This document shows positions 34,480-48,802 of a stretch of DNA of 64,000 nucleotides, piece by piece. The notes beneath the pieces are model-generated. The model had not been told where the DNA came from. It did not search any database and was given only the letters and a program-made list of their open reading frames with translations. A program made the position numbers and the translations under genes. The DNA comes from Eledone cirrhosa (Eukaryota), in NCBI GenBank assembly GCA_964016885.1, contig OZ024742.1, positions 109,616,001 through 109,680,000 on the forward strand. The letters run 5' to 3'. Numbering within the stretch: position 1 is the first letter of the stretch; every line of letters begins with the position of its first letter.

Positions 34480-34816
34480 TAATAAAAGGAATTCCAACTT
34501 TGTCTGATTTACTCGTTTTATTTACAATCCTTTAAAATTTTTAATGGTATTAGAATAAAATAGTATGGTAGAATATTAAATGTTAAGTGTTAATTGGACA
34601 AGTACTTTCATGCTTTCGCAATCTTCAGGTTCATAATATGTGGTGACAGTCAAGTTTGCAATTTTCAACCTGAAGATTGCGAAAGCATGAAAGTACTTGT
34701 TCAATTAACACTTAACATTTAATATTCTACCATACTATTTCATTCTAATACCATTATAAATTTTAAAGGATTGTAAATAAAACGAGTAAATCAGACAAAG
34801 TTGGAATTCCTTTTAT

Positions 34817-34818
<2 letters not shown>
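34480..34818. mobile_element. Family H2 head-to-head palindrome with an HHR in each arm
   Basis: Arms 34480-34631 and 34667-34818. HHRs at 34595-34633 (-) and 34667-34701 (+). The spacer is the upstream continuation of the left arm (matches 26765-26800). Confidence 0.88.
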
Positions 34819-34915
<97 letters not shown>

Positions 34916-34959
34916 TACATACATATATATATACATACATACATACATACATACATACA

Positions 34960-34995
<36 letters not shown>

Positions 34996-35134
34996 TATTT
35001 ATCCTTATCGAGCCCTCTTTGGATTTTAGTCTTCAAACTTCAAATTTATTATTATTACTATATATATGTATACATACATATATATATATAAATATACATA
35101 CATACATACATACATACATACATACATACATACA

Positions 35135-35700
35135 TGGTGGCTGCCAACTCGTTTTCGAGTACGGCCACTACTTTATATCCATGTAGGAGAACCCCTACCG
35201 ATGCGCTGAACGAATGTGACTTTTTAGTCCAGCCAGCGACTTGAAAACTCTGGTACAAAGACTACACTTGTGACCATTATTGACACATAGTGCAGGGCCC
35301 ATGGTACCATGTGATGACAAGTGCAGAGAGATCTCCAGATATAAAGCAATGCCTGTGCTGTGAAGCTTTTATAGTGAGCAAAGGCACTGCACAAAGCCAG
35401 TCCCACTCTCTTAACCAAGATGATATTTACCAAAAAGAAGAACAAGTCAACATCATTGGATACCATCAGGGTTGCAGGTGTTATATCAGAGTTTTCCTTC
35501 TCCTAGAATTCTGCCTTGACAAAGGCTAAGGGGTCATCTCTCCCGGTGATTTTGGATGGCTATTGACTCTTAAGAGCTCCCTTGCCCTTTGACAGGTTTT
35601 GTTTTTAGTCCTGCAGGATGTCCAAAGTCACCCTCCTCACCAAGAAACCTTGGTGGGGTTGCCAGTTTAGTCGCCAACGACCCGACCATGAGACAGGTTG
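35135..35700. mobile_element. Repeat family B, longer copy
   Basis: Lies between (CATA)n tracts. Its extension matches 53898-54050. Confidence 0.85.
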
Positions 35701-35801
35701 TACATACATACATACATACATACATACATACATACATACATACATACATACATACATACATACATACATACATACATACATACATGTGTATATATATATA
35801 T

Positions 35802-36282
<481 letters not shown>

Positions 36283-36310
36283 GTGGTTACACAACAGTTA
36301 GTTCACCATA

Positions 36311-36350
36311 CCGAGAACAATTGTTTCACCTTCGCGGATTTTCAGCTCGG
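36311..36350 (-). ncRNA. HHR-like motif (G8>A) in a 77-bp island between (TA)n tracts
   Basis: ccgag-CTGAAAA-t cc gcgaa gg t-GAAA-caattg-TT-ctcgg. Confidence 0.65.
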
Positions 36351-36557
36351 GATGTGTATATATATATATATATATATATATGCAAAGTTTTATTTAAATT
36401 GTTGGGTTACAACGAGTAAATATTTATAACTGATATAAAAGCACTCAACAAGTATTTGGAGTATATTTACGATATTAAATACCAAATCAACTTTTTAAAT
36501 GGAAGTTGAAGTTGTAAGGTATGTCAAATCTATCTATTTATAAGACTGTTTATATTG

Positions 36558-36623
36558 TATTTTGTCTGATGAAGGCATACCATATTTTTAATATGATAAC
36601 CCTGAAATATATATAATGAAATA
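36558..36623 (+). ncRNA. Type I HHR motif
   Basis: tattttgt-CTGATGA-agg...catat tttta atatg...cct-GAAA-tatata-TA-atgaaata. Confidence 0.65.
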
Positions 36624-38022
36624 AATATGGTTTTATAAATATAGTTTCCATTTATTTAATATCGTATATATATATATATATACATACATACATATATCGT
36701 TTTGATGCTGCTGTTGTAGATATTGGTGTTGGTGTTCGTTGATCGTGTTGACTGGGTGGTGGTGATGGCAGTTAATGTTGCTCGACTTTTTATCGTTTTG
36801 ATGCTGCTGTTGTTGTTATAGATGTTGGTGTTCATAAGCTCTGACTCGGTCACTAAACACCAGGGTCAGTCTATTTAAAGATTTTGTCCTCTTACTTTCA
36901 AAATTCAAAATTGTGGGAATGGACGTTATAGACATTCAGGTAGAGTTAATTTGTGCTTTCTCGTCTTTCTTTTCACCATATTTAAAACAAAGCACATGAG
37001 AGTATTATTCAGTTTTAAAAGCCGAAATCGATAAAAAGTATTTTACCCGTTGCATCAGTGACAGAACTTTTTTCAGGGTGTCTGGGTAGTTTTCTTATTC
37101 AAACAATTGAATGAAATAAGTACACGATAGAGCCGTATTAGAACCTGGCAGACATACAACTAGATAGCTTCAGAAGTGTGTGGGATGGGGTTTGGATCTG
37201 TATCAGGTTTTTATCGATCTGACAATAGCTTTCGAAACTATCACCCGATTATAATGCAGGACTAGGCGATACCATCAGTTGTTATTTGCAGAATTATATA
37301 TCGTTGACCCCCAAACAGAGAAGAGAAGATAGAAGATAGAAAAATAGAAAATAGAAGGTAGCTGACCGATTCGATTCGGGGACAGCCTGCTAATTTCGTG
37401 TTATATCGATAACAGACGGTCCCCGAAGAGCATATATATATATGACTGGAAGAAGGACATTAAAAAAGGTGATGTACAAAACAAGTTCACACATGCATCT
37501 TCACTCTCATCAGCATATATATATATACAAAACCATTTTGCTAGTTTGAGACCTGATGAGGGGGAGATGTGTATGTGTAAACTTGTCTTGTACATCGCAT
37601 TTCTTAATTTCCTTCTTCCAATCACTTCTGTGTGTTAGCGAACTACTCCTCGTCCACCTCCACTTTCAATGTTTTTTATATTTCATTTGCCTGTCACCCA
37701 CTTCGTGGATTGTCCCTCTGTTGACCTCTAGCCACTGATCTCTGAGGCATTTTTCGTATCGCTGTTTTTGACAGCACTTAGTTTTTTTTAACGGGTATTT
37801 TAACAACGAGTTTTCTCATTTTTATATGTATTCAAATACACATCTCGCTTCATCTCGATCAGAGACAACATTATTTATTTATATATTTATATATATATAT
37901 ATACATTAATGTTAATAAATGCTCGGATTTACTCCTTGGAATCTTTTTGAGCTTATACCACAGGTGGTATGGCACATGCTTCTGATATTCTCAGACATGG
38001 CATCTTTAATCTAATTTTGGTA

Positions 38023-38060
<38 letters not shown>

Positions 38061-38181
38061 CAAGATTAGACGATTTCATCAGTTGTTATTTGCAGAATTA
38101 TATAACAGGATATCGTTGAGCCCAGAGAATAGAAGATCAATGTAGAATAAAAATATGTTTAAGTATAACTTCTCTCTATTA

Positions 38182-38260
<79 letters not shown>

Positions 38261-38399
38261 CAGGAAGTTTGATATTACCGGGAAATTTTCAGAACATCCA
38301 AAATTTTCAAAATCCATGTGTAGGAACACTGTCAAATGTTTTCTTATAGTCAATTCAAGCAGTACTCAGATTTCTGTACTTTTTATGACAGTCTTCCAG

Positions 38400-39240
38400 A
38401 ATCATGCAGTTAATGAGAAGTTGGTCTTTGCACCTGTAAGACCCACGGCGATAACCTTTCTGCTCAATAGGGAATAAATAATTTTCATCCATAAATTTGT
38501 AGGTTGTCTCCGTCAAGATTGAGGTGGGAATTTTGTATGATGTGCGAAGGCAAGTAAAGGGACGATGATTCTGGGGGAATATTTGTTTCTGTCAATTTTG
38601 GTTAGCGATGTTATTCCTTGTGCAAACCAATCAAGAGTTTTTTCAGGATTGTGCATAATTTCGTTATAACATTTTACCATCATATCATAGGTAGAAGTTA
38701 GACAAGATAACCAGAAGTTTGGCACTTTACCAATGCCACGGAATTTCCATTTGTTTGGCTTTCTTTAATGCCAACTACAGTTCTTCCATAGCTATGTCTA
38801 GCCAAGTCTGCCTTTCTAAATTATCGTGTGTTGCTTCCAAGTTCTTTATCCATTCCGCATTTGCATTGTGGGATCAATTTTTCTGTACTTTATACTGTTT
38901 TCCAGAATTCTTCAATTTCATGAATTGAAAGAGGTTGCTTTACTTGAATTGTCTGTATCCCAATTTCCCTCTAAAACCTTTTCACATCAGACACAAACAG
39001 CTTATTTTGCTTGTAAAACATATTTCGTTTGTCAAATCTTCTGATTCTTTGAGCTTTCAGCTGTACTTTCTGTTTCAGGGTTTCTTTGATTGATGGAATA
39101 TAAAGGTTTGAAGTTACATTGTATTTCTTAATACCTTTCCTTCCTTTTCTTGACTTGACAGATTTCCCAGCACAGATTTCATCCAGGATCGATATTTCTC
39201 CCCTCATCATTTCAATTTCTTTCTCAATTTTTAACTTCAA
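38400..39240 (-). mobile_element. R4/Dong-like LINE pre-RT/RT fragment
   Basis: KQKVQLKAQRIRRF.KR..FY.QNKLF, PNFW, DWFAQGITSL. Frameshifted. Confidence 0.7.
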
Positions 39241-39242
39241 GG

Positions 39243-41660
39243 GTGGTTTTTTTTTGTGACTGTTGGGTGGAGATCTTCCTAGGAACGCGCTGCTCTTTAG
39301 TGTTAGTGGGCAATTGGAACATCATCTTGGATGCACGCTGGGATTGTTTGGGACTAGCGGATAGGGGAGGAGGGTGTAAAAACATCGCAAATCTGCTCAG
39401 ATACTTTCATATGTCTGACAGATACCGACTAGATTTTCCAAATGTGCCAATGTGGACGTGGACAAACTGTTTCATCCAGATCATATCTAAGTAGGATATT
39501 TTGTAGGGAAATAACTAAGTCTAGCATAGATTGTCCAGAATTCAAGGTAGTCGACGTCACAGACCACTAATATTTGATCTGTGAGGTTGATCTAGGTCGG
39601 CTTCAAAGACAGGGACCCGGCTACTGAAAGATGAACGCATCGCTCCCGACGCGCAAAGCCTAAGAGACCGCATTAGTGAATTAGTTAAATGGGTGTTGAC
39701 TAGGGCAGTCGTCAACAACAAATGGTGGTTCGCCCTGAAAAGGGCGATTAGAATAGAATCCATTAGGTTAAGTAAAGCTGCAGCTATAGAGAAAAATAGA
39801 CTAGAGGGAGAACTAGTTAGAGCGTTAGGCGAGGCGCTCAGTAAAGGCATCGCAACCGACGTGCTTGCGGCGAGATTGGCCCTCGACTAATTATTCAACG
39901 CTAAGCACAAAGGCTGCTTTGTCAGAGCTTGGACGCGTGCTCTTATACACGAAGGAACGAAAGCCGTCCAATGGACCCGAGTGGCAGAGGTGCAGCGTGG
40001 AAACTAAGCCACAATCCGGTTTTTGGTGCACCCGACGAGCGCATGCTAGTCGATTCCAAGCAGATGTGTGCAGCCTTCCAGCAGCACTTCGCTCAACTGT
40101 TCGGAAGCAGTGGCGGGCCGGTTCACAGTATAGACTTTAGTCCCTACTTCGACGGCCTTCCGTGGCTCTCGGAGACGGAAGCGGAAGTCTGCAAAATGCC
40201 GATAACAGCCGCTGAAATATGGGATGCAATGATGCACGAGAGGTAAATCGCTTGGATTGGATAGTATGCGCTATGAGCTTTACGTTCATATGCCAGACTT
40301 GTTCGGCGACCTTTTGGCAGATGCCTAATTCAACTGGCAGTAGAACAGGAAAATTCCTAGTTCTTTGTAAGCCGAGGACGGTAGCATGCTGAGAAAGAAC
40401 CTGAACAATGGCGACTACATAAATAATTTCAGGACTATAACTCAAAGTTTTTGGCCAAGGTGTTAGCGACGAGGTTAGCGCTTATCGTCGGGAGTCTGGT
40501 GGGAGAGGCACAGATATGCACCATTCCAGACAGATCCATCCACGGCAACCTGCACATCATGCTATACATCATGGAGGGGGTAGCTGAGGAACCTAGCACG
40601 GGTGGGACCCTGATCAACTTGGGTGAATCGAAAGCATTCGATAGGGTCCACCATCGATATCTGTTGGTGGTCCACAGGGCAGCCGGCTTTTGGGCCCGTT
40701 TTCAGGGAGTTTATCACTGTAATCTACAGCGACATATGCTCTGTGGTGAGAATGAACGGACACCTTTTAGAACCGTTCAACACCATGTGCTCGGTTAGCC
40801 AAGCATGTCCCTTCTTGCCCTTGCTGTATCTATTGACTCTCGAGCCAATATTGCACATACTTGAGTCGTTTAGGAGATTCCCGCGCGTACTAGGATGCGA
40901 GAGAACCGTATCAGCTTATGCCAGTGATGTCACCGTAATGGTGTCGGGCGCCAAACACATCGAGGCGATTATCACTGCTCTGAGAGAATACGAGGTGGTG
41001 ACAGGAACAAAGATTAACCAAGAAAAGTCGGTGGACCTTCGGCTCGACACCTGGAGAGGCAGGCCCGTGCCGTCAAACAGCAGCATCGGGTGCTGGACGG
41101 GTGGATCGGTTAAACTTCTCGGGCTTTGGTTTGGTCCAGACCTCCAGACGGACAAAACCAGGAACAAGATGACGAGCAGGGTGGGTTCTCTCACTCAGAA
41201 ATGGGCCGAGAGGAAGCTATCCCTAAAAGGCTGGGTGGGAGTGGTGAATGTGTACATTGCGTCCGTCATCAACTATCGTCTAACCGTCGTGCCTTGCTCC
41301 GTTCCGCGCCTCACGTAATTGGAGCATCTGCTCTTCACCTTCTTATGGAAGGGACAGGCCCCACTGGGGGGGTCCATCTGCTGTCAACACCCGCCCCGCT
41401 GCGTGGATGACTGGGCATGCCAAGACTGATATTGACAGATATGCGTTGAGGCTACGACATCTCTAGCTTTTCCTGAACGGTGAACATGTGTTCGCCATTC
41501 GCTAGGCACGTTTTTACCCAGCTTATCTCTTTGACGGAGCTGCAGAACCGAGAGGAAGCACTTGGTGACTGGAATGTCTTCAAGCACTCACAGCCCTCAG
41601 CCAATCGAGCACTACGATTTATGAAATCTCCACCTTGGGTTCTATAGAGAGTTAGTGATG
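39243..41660 (+). mobile_element. L1/Tx1-like LINE ORF2 pseudogene (APE + RT)
   Basis: LVGNWN, WTW, AKVLATRL, SKAFDRV, VSQACP..PLLY, AYASDVT (YADD), INQEKS, KLLG. Many stops and frameshifts. Confidence 0.88.
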
Positions 41661-41664
41661 ATTG

Positions 41665-42125
41665 TCTTCATGATGTCAACTCAGTTTTCCAACCACACAT
41701 ACTGCACCCCAGAAACTGTCTAATGTTAGCTGCAATACCAAACATTTTCAAACATTCTACTATCCAACTATGTGGCTCCATGTCGTAAGCCTTGCGGTAA
41801 TCGATCCAGGCCATGGCAATATTTGTGTCTCCTTTTACAATATTTAAGGATCACTTTATCAATTATCAATTGATCCTTAAGCCCCCTACTTCTTCTCCTA
41901 CACCCCTTCTGCTCTGCAGGTAGTGTCTCCTCCAGGTATTCATACATTGCCTCAGCAATGACACCTGTCATAAGTTTCCACATAAGAGGGAGGCAAGAGA
42001 TAAGTCTAAAGTTGTCAACTGCATTTCCATTGCTGGGAAACACAAGTCCTTCAAACACAAGATCGTTCTCCCAAAGGTTAGCCATTCTGGCAACCTCTTT
42101 TCTCCATTCAAGATCTTATTCAGTT
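41665..42125 (-). mobile_element. R4/Dong-like LINE RT fragment
   Basis: [15 protein letters not shown]...EQKGCRR.SRG.KDQL.IDK. A shifted frame gives [10 protein letters not shown]. Confidence 0.8.
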
Positions 42126-42153
42126 ACTTAGATAGATAAATAGAGAGAGAGAG

Positions 42154-42249
<96 letters not shown>

Positions 42250-43183
42250 TATATATATAAACAGACATTTTATGTATTTAAGCATGTAAACATGTTTAAT
42301 CTACGCATTTCTCCATTTCTCCTTTAGTCTAAGATGTTAGCCTGATGTTCTTTATCTAAAGTAATTTCAAGAAAGAATCTACAGAAGGTATTTGTGTTTG
42401 ATAGTACCTTAGTGGATGTAGCATGGCCGAATGCTTAAGGAGTTCGTTTTGTAATCATTAGACCCAAGATTTAATCCTACTGCGTAATGTCTTGGCTATA
42501 ACTTCGAGTCGACCCATACCCTGGGTATGAAATTAGATAAACAGAAAAAGTTTGGAAACCCATCTACTGGACATTGCTAGTAATTCACAAGGCCAACCAT
42601 GTCACCTACTGCGTTACACTGAATCATCCTGAGAATTACGCTAAGGGTACATGTATCTGAGGAATGCTCAGACACTTGCTCTTTAATTTCATGTATATGC
42701 CGTTCCATTGTTCAAACAACTGGAACCAACACCGTCGGAACTGTTGGAAGTCTGACACTCACACCACAATACAATGCAATACAATACAATTTTGTTTTCT
42801 CTTCAAAGTAAAAGCTTTATAAATATTTCAAAATAGGTGTAAAGAAAATAAAGGTATTGTAATTTCTCTATAGAAAACAGAAAATGGAAATATGTAAAAA
42901 TAAACCCAGAGAAAAAATAAAAAGCTTCGCAATTTGGAAAAGTTTCTACAGTAATAATTGAGGATATATAATCAAATACAGTAATCACCTTGTTTAGTGG
43001 AAATGTTATTTTTCATGTTGACGTATGCAATTAGACACACATACATACACATACACACACCCACGTACGCGCACGCACACACACACACTCACACACACCA
43101 TATATATATATATATATGTGTGTGTTAAGTATTTCTGTAGAAAAGGTAAAGGAAAGAAGAGTGCTTTATGAATAGTATTTAAT

Positions 43184-43379
43184 TACATAATAAACAGCAC
43201 AATATACTTATTCCATTACCAAAGGTTTCAAGAAACTAGACGATCTTTACAGAAACGTCCAGCCCGTCAGATAAAATAACTATTTCATCTAATGAACGGG
43301 CTGGATGTTTCTGTAAGGATCGTCTGGTTTCTTGAAACCTTTGGTAATGGAATAAGTATATTGTGTTGTTTATTATGTA
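43184..43379. repeat. 84-bp-arm palindrome with a degenerate HHR in the right arm
   Basis: Arms 43184-43267 and 43296-43379. ttcat-CTAATGA-...-GAAA-cc ttt gg-TA-atgga at 43284-43351. Confidence 0.8.
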
Positions 43380-43417
<38 letters not shown>

Positions 43418-43486
43418 TTTATCCCGGGTTCAATCGGGGGTGGGTAACCACAGTAAGTAAGGTACTCAATACAAAGCAGAGTATAA

Positions 43487-43612
43487 ATATTTAATATAGA
43501 AAGGCTTCTACAGGACTAGAACTGTTTCATTCCGGAGAGCCCTGGGCTTCCTGATGATTCCTCCGGAATGAAACAGTTGTAGTCCTGTAGAAGCCTTTCT
43601 TTATTAAATATA
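43487..43612. mobile_element. Family H1 head-to-head foldback
   Basis: Arms 43487-43537 and 43561-43612. Confidence 0.8.
43545..43595 (+). ncRNA. Type I HHR motif (family H1 variant)
   Basis: ggcttc-CTGATGA-ttcc tcc ggaa t-GAAA-cag ttgtagtc ctg-TA-gaagcc. Confidence 0.82.
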
Positions 43613-43640
43613 TATATGAGCATATTTATTGCTCGGAATT

Positions 43641-43699
43641 TGTCTTGGAGCTTTCATTACAGGGATACGACGCGTGTCTGTAATTCTTCAGACACGACA
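43641..43699 (-). ncRNA. HHR-like motif
   Basis: tgtcgtgt-CTGAAGA-attac...gtaat-GAAA-gc-TC-caagaca. Stem I is imperfect. A diverged relative lies at 37920-38005. Confidence 0.55.
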
Positions 43700-44043
43700 T
43701 TTTCATTCCTTTTAATAATATAAATATGCTGGTAAGTTTTTTGTCTAGAGCTTCTTATTGTTGAATGGTTTTAGGCTGCTATTTCTAACTTTCCGCATAC
43801 TTATACTAGTCCTTAGATTTGCTTAGAAGCGTGAGTTCATATGGCTTAAGCTCTCTCTTGCTGATGACCCTAGCTTTTTCTATTGCCATCAAGGAATTAT
43901 ATACGAGTGAGTAAATTAATTATTTGGTGTTCCATCTGTACTGTTTAATTACTTTTTTGTTAAACAGTTTTTACTACTCATTCATAGTTGATATGTTCTT
44001 ACATTTGTTTGCAAATTATCTCCTGTGTACTGTTTGAATTTAT

Positions 44044-44168
<125 letters not shown>

Positions 44169-44325
44169 ATGTTGCTATATATTTCCACACGTGTATGCGT
44201 GTGTGAAAATTAAATTAGAAGCTTTTGGCATATTTTTTTTATTTCAGAAAATAGTATAATAACAGGGTATATCATATCAGCAACCTTTAGCATGTAAACG
44301 TGCCTTATTTCTCCGCGGCCTGAAT

Positions 44326-44387
44326 GATGAACAACTTGACTCGTGTTTCGACGTTCGTTGAGATCATCATCAGAAACTGTCTACATC
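44326..44387 (-). ncRNA. Type I HHR motif with GUC cleavage triplet
   Basis: gatg ta ga cagttt-CTGATGA-t gat ctcaacgaac gtc-GAAA-c acga g-TC-aagttg tt catc. Confidence 0.8.
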
Positions 44388-44678
44388 TTTACAATCCAGG
44401 GAGAAATACGTTACCAAAGGTTTTATCAGATACGACAGAATTAGAGAACTAGACCTACTAATTTTACGTTAGTAGTTAATTCTGTTACGTATCAAATCTT
44501 GCAGTAAGCAGCTGAAGTATATTATAAATCCCCGAAGAAGGGAATGTCTATGTAAACATATATTTTATATATTTAAGCATGTAAACATGTTTTATCTGCG
44601 TATTTTTCTGTAGACTCAAATTTGAACAGCTTGACTCGAGTTTCAATCTGTTTGTGTGTGCGTCTGCGCGTATGTATA

Positions 44679-44727
<49 letters not shown>

Positions 44728-45088
44728 GTGGGGGGGGGGGGGTCTGTGTGTGTCTAATAGTGTTTTACTTTTGCTTCTTAAACGCGTGATATTCCATTGA
44801 TTATCTGTGATTAATGGCATTAACACAGATATTAAGACCGCCATTTCGTAGAGACAGATACTAAGACGGCCATTTTGGAGACACATGATGAACATTAGCT
44901 TCTTGAATCAAACATCGTATTTTTTTTATAATTTAATGTCTTTTTATTCACTCATTTCAACTGCTAATATTTGATGGAAAATATCTTTTCATATTATTTC
45001 ATATTTTTCATATAAATTTTACAAGATTTTAAAGGAAACAGAGAAAAGAAAAAGAAATGATGTTTTATAATTGAAGAAATGTAATAGC

Positions 45089-45119
<31 letters not shown>

Positions 45120-45467
45120 TGTATGTATGTATGTATGTATGTATGTATGTATGTATGTATGTATGTATGGATGCATGTATTTGTGTGTATGTATGCATTT
45201 GGTGGTGTATATATGCATATAGTATGTGCGTATATGCATATAAGTATATTTGTATATAAGTGTGTAAATATGTTTGTATATATGTATGTGTGTGTGCATG
45301 TATGTGTATACGTATGTACGTATGTATACTTGCATACTTGTATGTATATATGTGTGTGTCCGTATGTATGTGTATGTAAGCATATATTATATATGTATGT
45401 ATGTTTATATATATATACAGATATATATATATATAGCATCTGAAACTACTTCGCATTTTCTCATTAG

Positions 45468-45506
<39 letters not shown>

Positions 45507-45513
<7 letters not shown>

Positions 45514-45856
45514 ATGAAATCGAAAATGCAACTGGAGTCTTATTTTAAAAAAATATATATATTTATTTGGTTCCTTTACCGGTTTCGCAGTTCTTCTGCT
45601 TTTCAAAAGTAGAGTTGAGATGGAGGGTCTGTGGTTTCAGACAGGTCTCACAGATGTGAGAAAAACCACAGACCCTCCATCTCAACTCTACTTTTGAAAA
45701 GCAGAAGAACTGCGAAACCGGTAAAGGAACCAAATAAATCTATATTTTATTTTTAAATAAGACTCCAGTTGCATTTTCGATTTCATCTTTTTTTCTTTAT
45801 ACTTTCACTCGTGTAGGACACTTCGGTTATTTTTCATTTTGTAAGAAAAACCTCAC

Positions 45857-45862
<6 letters not shown>
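45507..45862. mobile_element. 131-bp-arm palindrome in (TA)n with a U3-A8 HHR in each arm
   Basis: Arms 45507-45637 and 45663-45793. The right arm continues to (TA)n at 45862. Confidence 0.85.
45691..45726 (+). ncRNA. HHR motif with U3-A8 covariant core (mirror copy 45574-45609, -)
   Basis: ctt-TTGAAAA-gcag aagaa ctgc-GAAA-ccgg-TA-aag. Confidence 0.7.
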
Positions 45863-45929
<67 letters not shown>

Positions 45930-46009
45930 TATCGATATATGTACAATTGTGTGTATGTACGAATATTTGAATGTATGTATGTGTATATATTTCTATATAT
46001 ATATATATT

Positions 46010-46127
<118 letters not shown>

Positions 46128-46869
46128 TATACACATACACACCTATACAGACACATATATATATTTATATTCATACATACATACAGACATACATACATAC
46201 ATATAGTAGATAGGTGGAGTGGAATGGAGTTATATAGCGAGAGACATTGGAAGAGAAAGACAGACCAAATATTGAAGGAAGGTTGTGTAGAGGGGGTGGT
46301 AGTGTGATTATATCATTGTCTTTAATAACTGGAATAAGTTTAGTCCAAGCTAATAGCAAATTACTATCATCTTTGCATGACTGCATCTATGATATCTTTC
46401 ACTGCAGAACGTAAGCAACACACACACATAGATACACGTACATCTACACACACGCATACACACACGAACACACAAACACACACACGAACACACAAACACA
46501 CACACGAACACACACACACATAAAAACAGATGCTGCCTCAATATAGCATAGATGTAGCATGGACACATGAGCATAGATTAAAACGCTCACACATACACAC
46601 TCATATATATAACCACTTGCTAGTCCAATATAGGTTAGATATAATAATTAAAACGATATAGATAGATTCCTAGAGATTTCCAGTGAAGCAACTTATTTGC
46701 CGTTTCAATAAACTAGGCTCAGACTTTATTAACGAGGTGCATCCAGTAACCAGTATCCTGATATCATCAGCTGAAGTCTAACTGTGGAATCTTATGTCTT
46801 CTGATAGAAATAAAATGGAGTCTAATGATTAGAACTATATCAAGTTGGAGAGCGAATGCTGTGGGCTAA

Positions 46870-47125
46870 CCCTTTTGATACCAAACCACCAAAACCACCC
46901 CCGGTTCTATGATACAAAACTTTATATTTTTAAGTATATATATTTATCTAAATATTTTCCATCACAATTTTAATTAATAACGTGTGTTAAGTTATGTTCC
47001 AAGCACCAGCTTAATAAAGAAAAAGTTTGTTATATTACTAAATCCATCCAAATTCTTGATTATTTTCAAAATGATTCGAAAAACATAGGCAGTACCTTTT
47101 TTTTTAAATCATGGTAGTAAAAGGA
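46870..47125. mobile_element. Degenerate piggyBac-like MITE
   Basis: (c)taa-cccttttgatacca ... tggtagtaaaagga-ttaa. Imperfect TIRs and TTAA-like flanks. Confidence 0.5.
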
Positions 47126-48299
47126 TTAAGTTATTGTGCAAGCCGAGTCAACGATACATCTTCTATTCATTCCCCTTCATGCCCCCTTAGAGAAGTATGA
47201 ACAATTTTTAGTTTAACCTGGAGAGTTCATGAAGATTTAGTATCGGTTTCATGTTGTTCAGAAGACCTCATTTGATTTAATGGTAATTACATTTCTGTTG
47301 ACACAGAAATTCGCTTTGCAATCGTGAGATCTCGAATTCGATCCCAATATAGAGTATTTTGGGTCAACCAAAGTCGTGTAAGTGAAATTCGGTCGACAGA
47401 AATTATAAGAGAATCCTTCGGATGGATTGTACCTAGAAATTAAAAAATCCAGCCTTGTCATGTATTGTGTCACTCTGGTTTTGCTTGGGGTGTTACGTTA
47501 AGAGTACACATGCCTACGGAGTACTCAACCACTTGATTGATAATTCATGAGTTGGAATTTGAATTAAATGCTCGTCGTCGAAACCGACTGATGAGCTATC
47601 ATCATCAGTGACATTCCTAGAAAGTGTACCATTCCTGTTCGACTTGGTACAGTTCCTACGATGAGTGATCCAATTGTTTGATCAACGGAACAGCCTGCTC
47701 CTGATATTAAAGTCTAGGTAGCTGTTCGTTCCACAGACATGTGTCCCCTTAAGTTAGTTCTCAGAGAGATTCAGCGTCTGGTCCTTTAAAGCACCTCATT
47801 ATATTCCAGCTGGGGGGATTGAAGCAACATAAAATACGGTGTTTTGTACAAGAGCAGAACGGTGCCCGGTCCGAGAACCGAAGTCACAACCTTACGATTG
47901 TGAGTCAAACATTACTAAACCTTTATAAAATACCTCTAGTATAAATACCAGTAATATATTGTGGTAGTTCCAGTCAACAACAACCCCCCACCTTCCGCGC
48001 GCCTTCCAACTACAACTAAAAGGGATTATTTTTCTATTTGAAATAGAACAAAAACAAAAATCAATATTTTGTTTTAAGAAACTAAAAATTGAATAACAGT
48101 ATGTTATCTTTTGAATTTACTAAAATATGGTATTTTTCAATAGAAAATCAATATCTGAATCAATGTTGCTTTATATGAAGAACTGCACCAGGTTTTTCTT
48201 TGAATAACACGGTTTCCTGGTTGAATGGTACTTTGCCAGAGACTAGTGATTGTTGCAGCAATGGAATCTTATTAACAGTTTACATGATGTTTCTGTTGA

Positions 48300-48802
48300 G
48301 TGTCATATGTAAACGTTTGTGTATATATGCAATTATACACACTAATGTTTGTGTATACATGCAATTATATACACTAGTGTTTGCGCATATATGCAATTAT
48401 ATACACTGTTTTCGTATATGAACAATTTTATGCACTAACGCTTGCGTATATATGCAATGATATAAACTCTTCTTTGCGTTTATATGTTATATATACACAA
48501 ATGTTTGTGTATATATACAATTATATACACTATCGTTTGTATATATATATGCAATTATATTGCGTATATATGCAACCATATACACAAATGTTTGCGTATA
48601 TATACAATTATATACACAAACCTATGCGTATGTATGTAATTATATTCACAAATGTCTGTGTGTATATGTTATTTTACGCACAAACGTTTGTGTATATATG
48701 CAATTATATAAACATATACACAATTATATAAACATATACACAAACCTTTACGTATATATGCTATTATATATTTATATACACTAACCTTTCCCTATATATG
48801 CC
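48300..48802. repeat. ~32-34-bp minisatellite (tatatgcaattatatacac...)
   Basis: More than 12 degenerate units. The same unit resumes at 51985-52060. Confidence 0.85.
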
